Of a stretch of DNA of 64,000 nucleotides, positions 59,544-64,000 are shown one piece after another. The DNA is taken from the IMG/VR virus record IMGVR_UViG_3300017708_001323, positions 3,780 to 67,779 of that record, one strand, 5' to 3'. The notes beneath the pieces are model-generated. The model was not told the DNA's origin. It saw only the letters and a program-made list of their open reading frames with translations, and ran no database searches. The stretch comes from a virus (lineage: Duplodnaviria > Caudoviricetes). Numbering within the stretch: position 1 is the stretch's first letter; each line of letters begins with the position of its first letter. A program made the position numbers and the translations under genes.

Positions 59544-60422
59544 AACATAAATATAGGCTCTTTCAGCCATCGGAATATTAACAATTCCTTTTAGGTACAT
59601 TTCAGCGGCCTCTAATTTTGCAATATCTACAGATTGTTCAATTTCAATTCCGTAATCCGAAGCCCAGTCAATTAAATACCGAGTTGGTAAATTACCAAAA
59701 CTACCCGGAACAAAAGGACAACCACCTAAACCGCCCAAAGAAGTATCGAACTCCCTAATACCGGATAAGTAGGCAGCATCCAGTAAATGTGAAAATTCAA
59801 CCTTCCTACTACTAGGCTTGTGTAGGTGAATGGCTAAATTTGGCATAATTTCTCGGGCAATTTTTACCACGGTGGTAATTTCTTTTGGAGTCGCTATTCC
59901 TGTAGTGTCTGCTAAAACTATTGTAGAAGAGTTTTCAGCCCCCCATTTTAAGATTTGAATAAAAAGAGACTCATCATAATCATCGAAAGCGGAACCAAAA
60001 GCGCAAGAAATGTATAACCTCACCTGTTCAGGAAGAGTCTCTTCTAGAGCAACTTCATATCTTTCTAGTATTCTATCAATACTTGGTGTACCTAAATTGC
60101 GGGTATTGAACTCTGGAGAAGGTGAAAGATAGATATTGAAGAGATTCACACCCGCTTCTTTTGCTAATTCTAAACCTTTTGCGTTTGGGACTAATGCTGA
60201 AATTTGATTATCTTCTTGATTTATTCCCTTTAAAACCAATGCGGTATCTTTCATTTGAGGTACCAAAGCGGGATTCACAAAACTTCCAACTTCTATTTTA
60301 TCCAATCCCGCTGCAATTAACATATCAATTAAATACGCTTTTTGCTCAGTAGGAACTTCTTTAGAAATAGACTGTAAACCGTCTCTTGGACCCACTTCAT
60401 AAATTGTTACTGGGTCACTCAT
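59502..60422 (-). CDS. hmgL: Hydroxymethylglutaryl-CoA lyase (DRE-TIM family), auxiliary metabolic gene
   Basis: EVGPRDGLQ, IEVGSFV..VPQM, LADTTG, HLH, GLGGCPF and GNLPT motifs; likely start MSDPVTI at 60422. Confidence 0.9.
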   Translation of the reverse strand: MSDPVTIYEVGPRDGLQSISKEVPTEQKAYLIDMLIAAGLDKIEVGSFVNPALVPQMKDTALVLKGINQEDNQISALVPNAKGLELAKEAGVNLFNIYLSPSPEFNTRNLGTPSIDRILERYEVALEETLPEQVRLYISCAFGSAFDDYDESLFIQILKWGAENSSTIVLADTTGIATPKEITTVVKIAREIMPNLAIHLHKPSSRKVEFSHLLDAAYLSGIREFDTSLGGLGGCPFVPGSFGNLPTRYLIDWASDYGIEIEQSVDIAKLEAAEMYLKGIVNIPMAERAYIYVSGKLSGIRRSLIS

Positions 60423-60435
60423 GGGGTGTGCGAAC

Positions 60436-60627
60436 TCACTGTCGTAAATTAGCATATCGCTGGAAAAGCAATCCAGCCTCCTCTTCTAGCCGAGTATTAC
60501 CACTCATCATCATCTTCAAAATTGTTGACATAACAATTTGTCTTTCTTCAACAGTAAAATTTGATTCCGGCGGGTACGCTTTTAGCACTTGCCAAGCCTC
60601 AGTAAAAGGTTCAGGAGTGGTACTCAT
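60436..60627 (-). CDS. Leader-family protein (PFTEAWQVLKA), ~63 aa
   Basis: ATG at 60627 lies 22 nt downstream of a TTTATAAA box. Confidence 0.65.
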   Translation of the reverse strand: MSTTPEPFTEAWQVLKAYPPESNFTVEERQIVMSTILKMMMSGNTRLEEEAGLLFQRYANLRQ

Positions 60628-60648
60628 CAGTAGTAATCGCAGGTATGC

Positions 60649-60656
60649 TTTATAAA
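60649..60656 (-). promoter_or_regulatory. TATA box
   Basis: TTTATAAA at archaeal leaderless spacing from the ATG at 60627. Confidence 0.5.
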
Positions 60657-60789
60657 TAAACCCGTCGTAGTGACGTTTTACATGGTTCATGAGGCTTTTA
60701 ATGACCTTTTACGGGGACAAATACGCAAAACAATACGAAAATCAATCATTTCACTTATGGTAGGGCTGATAATAGTAGGTATATTTGTA

Positions 60790-61722
60790 TTAAGACCACT
60801 GCTGTAATACTTCTGGGGGTATTGAACCCTGACGAACTCTACTCATACCACCTTGTAAATCACCATAATCTGGCTCTTGATGTTCTACATATTTAGGTAA
60901 ATCTGCTGTTTTCATTCGCACAACTCCTACTTTTGAAGGGTCTTGCTTTGTTCTTCTTGCCCTTTCTTGTGCAAATCTTAGTGCTGCTTCTGGGTCTGTA
61001 GTTGTATAATTTACTAAATCTGCTGCTCTTAATGCTTCAGGCACATATCTTTTTGAACGAGTTTTAGGACTTCCACCTCTTATTCCGTGTTGTAAAACGC
61101 TAGGTAAATCTACAGTTCCGTGGTATTCATACGCTTTTTCTACGAATTGGTCATAAATAGCATCTGTCGGTAAACCGTGATATTCAGCATATTCAGGATT
61201 TAATTCATGTCGCCAAGGTTGCATTTTATCGTCATATGCGTGGGTGTAATGTTTGTCACCAGCGTTATTAGTTCTAATGTAGCCTGTTGAATGTGCCCCA
61301 TCAATCACACCAGCATCAACCATTTTATCCCAAAAACCCGTTGCACCGTGTTCTACATTTGTAACATGTACTCCGTCAAGAAGAAAACCATCATTATCAA
61401 TAAAATAATCTTGACCTTCTTCAATAAAATCTTCAAGATATTTTCTTGCTTTACCTTGACCTTTTACATCACTATTTAATTCAAAATTATCTATTTTTAT
61501 AGAGTTTTTAAAATCATCAGGATATATTGTACCTCTTGCGTTTCCATCTTCAGATTCCCACATGTACGGTTTTCCCATTTCTTCTAGGTTAGGTAACATT
61601 GTAAATCTATCATCTTGCCCCAGTGAATCAGAATAATTAGGCCAATCACCTTCTTCAAATGTGGAAGGTGCTTCATAAATCGGAGCCTTCAGCAGAGACC
61701 ACGCTTGGTCGAAGGGGTTCAT
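60790..61722 (-). CDS. Leader-family protein with GNAT-like and ADP-ribosyltransferase (Tpt1-like) domains
   Basis: MNPFDQAWSLLKA leader; IDNFELNSDVKGQGKARKYL..ATGFWDKM (GNAT-like); after FVEKA, YHGT..VLQHGI..YTTTDPEAALRFA (ART-like). Confidence 0.6.
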   Translation of the reverse strand: MNPFDQAWSLLKAPIYEAPSTFEEGDWPNYSDSLGQDDRFTMLPNLEEMGKPYMWESEDGNARGTIYPDDFKNSIKIDNFELNSDVKGQGKARKYLEDFIEEGQDYFIDNDGFLLDGVHVTNVEHGATGFWDKMVDAGVIDGAHSTGYIRTNNAGDKHYTHAYDDKMQPWRHELNPEYAEYHGLPTDAIYDQFVEKAYEYHGTVDLPSVLQHGIRGGSPKTRSKRYVPEALRAADLVNYTTTDPEAALRFAQERARRTKQDPSKVGVVRMKTADLPKYVEHQEPDYGDLQGGMSRVRQGSIPPEVLQQWS

Positions 61723-61742
61723 GTCACAGCCACCTTGTCCTG

Positions 61743-62111
61743 TCAATCATAAAGACCGCCTAATCCTTTCCAATCCTCAACACCATAAGGTGTTTGAGCA
61801 TCAAAATGAAGCCCGGAAGCAGGGTGATACACCCATTGGTGAATTGCAGGGTCATCGGGATGATTCATAATCTGAGCCTTGCCGCCGTTTTCCTGAATTA
61901 AATGGTGGAGATTATCGGAGAAGTCGAAACAATGACTTTCATGCTCACTAGGGTCAGAGGGCCAATCACCACCGTCTGTTAGTATGCTTCTCTTTGACGG
62001 GCCGTTTTCAAGAGAATGATGGATGAAATCTGTTATGTCGCTCGCATCTATCTTGAGCAAAGCCCACGCTTGGTCGAAGGGACTACTGCCAACCTGAAGG
62101 TCTTTTGTCAT
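61743..62111 (-). CDS. Leader-family protein with a Cys-His-Asp (papain/transglutaminase-like) domain, 122 aa
   Basis: PFDQAWALLK leader; HCFDFS...HQWV...HFDA. Confidence 0.55.
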   Translation of the reverse strand: MTKDLQVGSSPFDQAWALLKIDASDITDFIHHSLENGPSKRSILTDGGDWPSDPSEHESHCFDFSDNLHHLIQENGGKAQIMNHPDDPAIHQWVYHPASGLHFDAQTPYGVEDWKGLGGLYD

Positions 62112-62292
62112 ACGTGTTACCTCCTGTTGGTCTAGGCTTTGGGGTCATATTTTGCATATTTTTGCGAGCATCAGCGTTTCTAGCCATTATCATGTCTTGT
62201 AAAGTCATAAAATTACCTGAACCGGGAGGATATTCGTGCATATCAATAGGGTCTGCTTTGAGGAAATCCCATGCTTCATTGAATGCGGTCAT
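62083..62292 (-). CDS. Leader-family protein (MTAFNEAWDFLKA), 69 aa
   Basis: GAGGT RBS and TAATG coupling. Confidence 0.7.
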   Translation of the reverse strand: MTAFNEAWDFLKADPIDMHEYPPGSGNFMTLQDMIMARNADARKNMQNMTPKPRPTGGNTYDKRPSGWQ

Positions 62293-62465
62293 TATACCTC
62301 ACTCCCACATTTCCAACACCTATAACCTGTTGAAGAACTTCTATCTTCGTTAGGTATAGGAAATGATGGCTCTCCAGTATATTCATCTATTTTCCCTTCA
62401 CAATTAGGACATCCCAACGGTCTATCTTCTTTGAGAACAGCCCATGCTTCATCGAATGCGGTCAT
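62292..62465 (-). CDS. Leader-family Zn-ribbon micro-protein, 57 aa (not in the ORF track)
   Basis: MTAFDEAWAVLKEDRPLGCPNCEGKIDEYTGEPSFPIPNEDRSSSTGYRCWKCGSEV; coupled at both ends. Confidence 0.75.
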   Translation of the reverse strand: MTAFDEAWAVLKEDRPLGCPNCEGKIDEYTGEPSFPIPNEDRSSSTGYRCWKCGSEV

Positions 62466-62833
62466 TGTTGACCCTCACCCATTCTATACATGTTATAATT
62501 TCTTTCAGGATGACCCATAATCATACCTCTATCACGAAAGACTTTTCCATTTATGTCTATGTCATTATCTCTATATGCATTTAGATTTAGATTAGAAATT
62601 CTATTACCTTGCTCGTCTACATTATCGGTAGTCGAGATTCTTCTCAATAAACTTTGAATTGCTGGATGTACGGTCCCAACAGCACGATTCCCTCTATCGT
62701 CTGCCTTATACCCTTCTTCATATCGGTAATCTTCAGGATGTTCAGTTAAGTTTCTTACGGCAGTAGGTGGTAGAAACATTGTTTGTTCAGGTAAAGCCTT
62801 TAGAAACTTCCAAGATTCTTCAAACGCTGTCAT
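62462..62833 (-). CDS. Leader-family protein (MTAFEESWKFLKA), 123 aa
   Basis: Leader motif; ends in MGEGQQ like its upstream neighbour. Confidence 0.7.
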   Translation of the reverse strand: MTAFEESWKFLKALPEQTMFLPPTAVRNLTEHPEDYRYEEGYKADDRGNRAVGTVHPAIQSLLRRISTTDNVDEQGNRISNLNLNAYRDNDIDINGKVFRDRGMIMGHPERNYNMYRMGEGQQ

Positions 62834-63339
62834 TGTTGACCCTCCCCCATTTCACGAGCAAGCCTTTCTTTTTCCTCTCGATTTTTTCTAGCGTATTCGG
62901 ATTCATAAGAATTAACCTTATTTCTGCGCCTTTCTAGTTGTTCATCTGGCGTTAGTTCATTGTAATCCATCTGACTTACATCTACGGGAGTTCGTGCGGC
63001 CATCTGCTGCGGCCTTTTGACATTCCGCATTCTAAAATCTCCACGACCCTTGAGAAAATCCATCGCCTTAGCCATAGGCATCATAGGAGACATGGACATA
63101 TCACCACCATTGTCTTTCGGAGTCTTTTTACGAGATTTTTCACCCATTTCCTTTGTTTTGTGGTGTGTAACGAGGGTTTTCGCCTCTTGATAATCCATTC
63201 CCAGATTTTGGATTAAGAAATCTATGAGTGCCTCAGCATCCAAATCTTTGTGGGAATAAGACTCTTGTGGCGGTACATCTCCTCCCATCGGCATTTCGGT
63301 CATTTTGAGAACAGACCATGCTTTGCTGAATGCAGACAC
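62830..63339 (-). CDS. Leader-family protein with two leader motifs, 169 aa
   Basis: MSAFSKAWSVLKM at the start and an internal MAKAMDFLKG; GTG start. Confidence 0.7.
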   Translation of the reverse strand: MSAFSKAWSVLKMTEMPMGGDVPPQESYSHKDLDAEALIDFLIQNLGMDYQEAKTLVTHHKTKEMGEKSRKKTPKDNGGDMSMSPMMPMAKAMDFLKGRGDFRMRNVKRPQQMAARTPVDVSQMDYNELTPDEQLERRRNKVNSYESEYARKNREEKERLAREMGEGQQ

Positions 63340-63464
63340 GATAAGTGGGAGGGTGGTTTATGTTATGAAATTTTTTCTAAAATTTTTTTGAGGCGTACCC
63401 TCTAAAACCCCAAAAAAGTCATTCTATGGAAAATTTTGTCGAGCGCTGTGTGGGACTAAAGAAG

Positions 63465-63590
63465 GCGCTAAAGGTTGCGCTAATGTAATGCCTCCGGCTA
63501 AGGTGCGCTAATGGGGTGCGCTAAAGCGGTTTCTGGGCTGTTTTGGGTGGTAGGGTTTGGCGCTAAAGTCCCCGCTAAAGCCCCGCTAAT
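63465..63590 (+). repeat. Cluster of eight same-strand GCTAA repeats (five as GCGCTAA) in a GC-rich non-coding region
   Basis: Copies start at about 63465, 63477, 63496, 63505, 63518, 63560, 63573 and 63584. Confidence 0.8.
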
Positions 63591-63895
63591 CCTAACGTAC
63601 ACGGGGGTGCGTTGGGGTGGGTGTGTAGGTGCAGACAGGCTTGCAGTACAGCGTTTTTGCACCACGCCCTACCCCCACCAGACCACACCAATGCGGTAGT
63701 ATGTGTACCAACACCAATGTGTTTAACACAAAACGTTACCAAGCCACTACGCCTCCTTGACCCTCCCATCCATATGGGTAGCATTTTGCTACCTTCTTAT
63801 AGAGTTGCAGCGCTATGCGCTATTGTATTTACATCTAGGATAATACAGGTATTGAACTCAGAAAAGATTTGATTCTAGCCAAAAAACAGAGATTC

Positions 63896-63903
63896 TATAT
63901 AAA
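63896..63903 (+). promoter_or_regulatory. TATA box of a divergent plus-strand unit
   Basis: TATATAAA preceded by a purine-rich BRE-like run, 32 nt before the ATG at 63936. Confidence 0.5.
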
Positions 63904-63935
63904 GAAAGGAAGAACATATTGTCGAGGTTTTAAGA

Positions 63936-64000
63936 ATGAAAACAAACAAACCAAACACAGATGCCCCACAAGTAATAAGCAACAAAGAAATAGCAGCACG
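63936..64000 (+). CDS. 5' end of a plus-strand gene (MKTNKPNTDAPQVISNKEIAA...), truncated by the window
   Basis: ATG behind GAGGT; the frame is open to the end of the window. Confidence 0.45.
   Translation, partial: MKTNKPNTDAPQVISNKEIAA

Noticed and set aside
62318-62332. AACAGGTTATA as another copy of the putative promoter box
   Set aside because: It lies inside the 57-aa Zn-ribbon coding sequence (62292-62465), so it was not counted.
1356-62353. Dozens of 60-150 aa plus-strand ORFs in the ORF track
   Set aside because: They are antisense shadows of long, motif-bearing, translationally coupled minus-strand genes. Only 59244-59543 fills a real gap.
63465-63590. GCTAA repeat cluster as a CRISPR or mini-CRISPR array
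   Set aside because: The repeats are only 5-7 bp with irregular 2-35 bp spacing, and no cas genes are present.
63511-63872. Three overlapping ORFs in the GC-rich region
   Set aside because: Atypical composition, no RBS and mutual overlap; best explained as chance ORFs in non-coding GC-rich DNA.
1-64000. Alternative genetic code or stop-codon reassignment
   Set aside because: The standard code gives dense, coupled ORFs, including a 16-kb one, and TAA, TGA and TAG all serve as stops.

Overview
This window is about 64 kb of a large tailed (Caudoviricetes, HK97-fold) virus genome, almost entirely encoded on the minus strand. GGTGA/GGAGG ribosome-binding sites, TATA-box promoters and the style of the capsid, portal and terminase proteins point to an archaeal virus. 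It most resembles the Marine Group II (Poseidoniales) 'magroviruses' and the related haloviruses; this assignment is recognition from memory, not a database result. In transcription order (right to left) it contains: a GC-rich non-coding region with GCTAA repeats; an array of small genes sharing an N-terminal 'AFxxAWxxLK' leader fused to unrelated payloads; an HMG-CoA lyase; Cys/Lys-rich small genes; an AT-rich inverted-repeat element; a module of membrane proteins plus an Arf/Ras-like small GTPase and an AbrB-like regulator; a candidate small terminase; the large terminase; a LAGLIDADG protein; the portal; a 1826-aa protein with a degenerate DNA-ligase fold; the prohead protease; the major capsid protein; neck genes; the tail tube; frameshift-type tail chaperones; a very short tape measure; a 5387-aa LamG-containing protein; and two tail fibres. 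The two best candidates for undescribed systems are a leader-tagged capsid-cargo array, possibly processed by the prohead protease at hydrophobic-x-K sites, and the small-GTPase/membrane module. I saw no tRNA, rRNA, CRISPR array or transposase.
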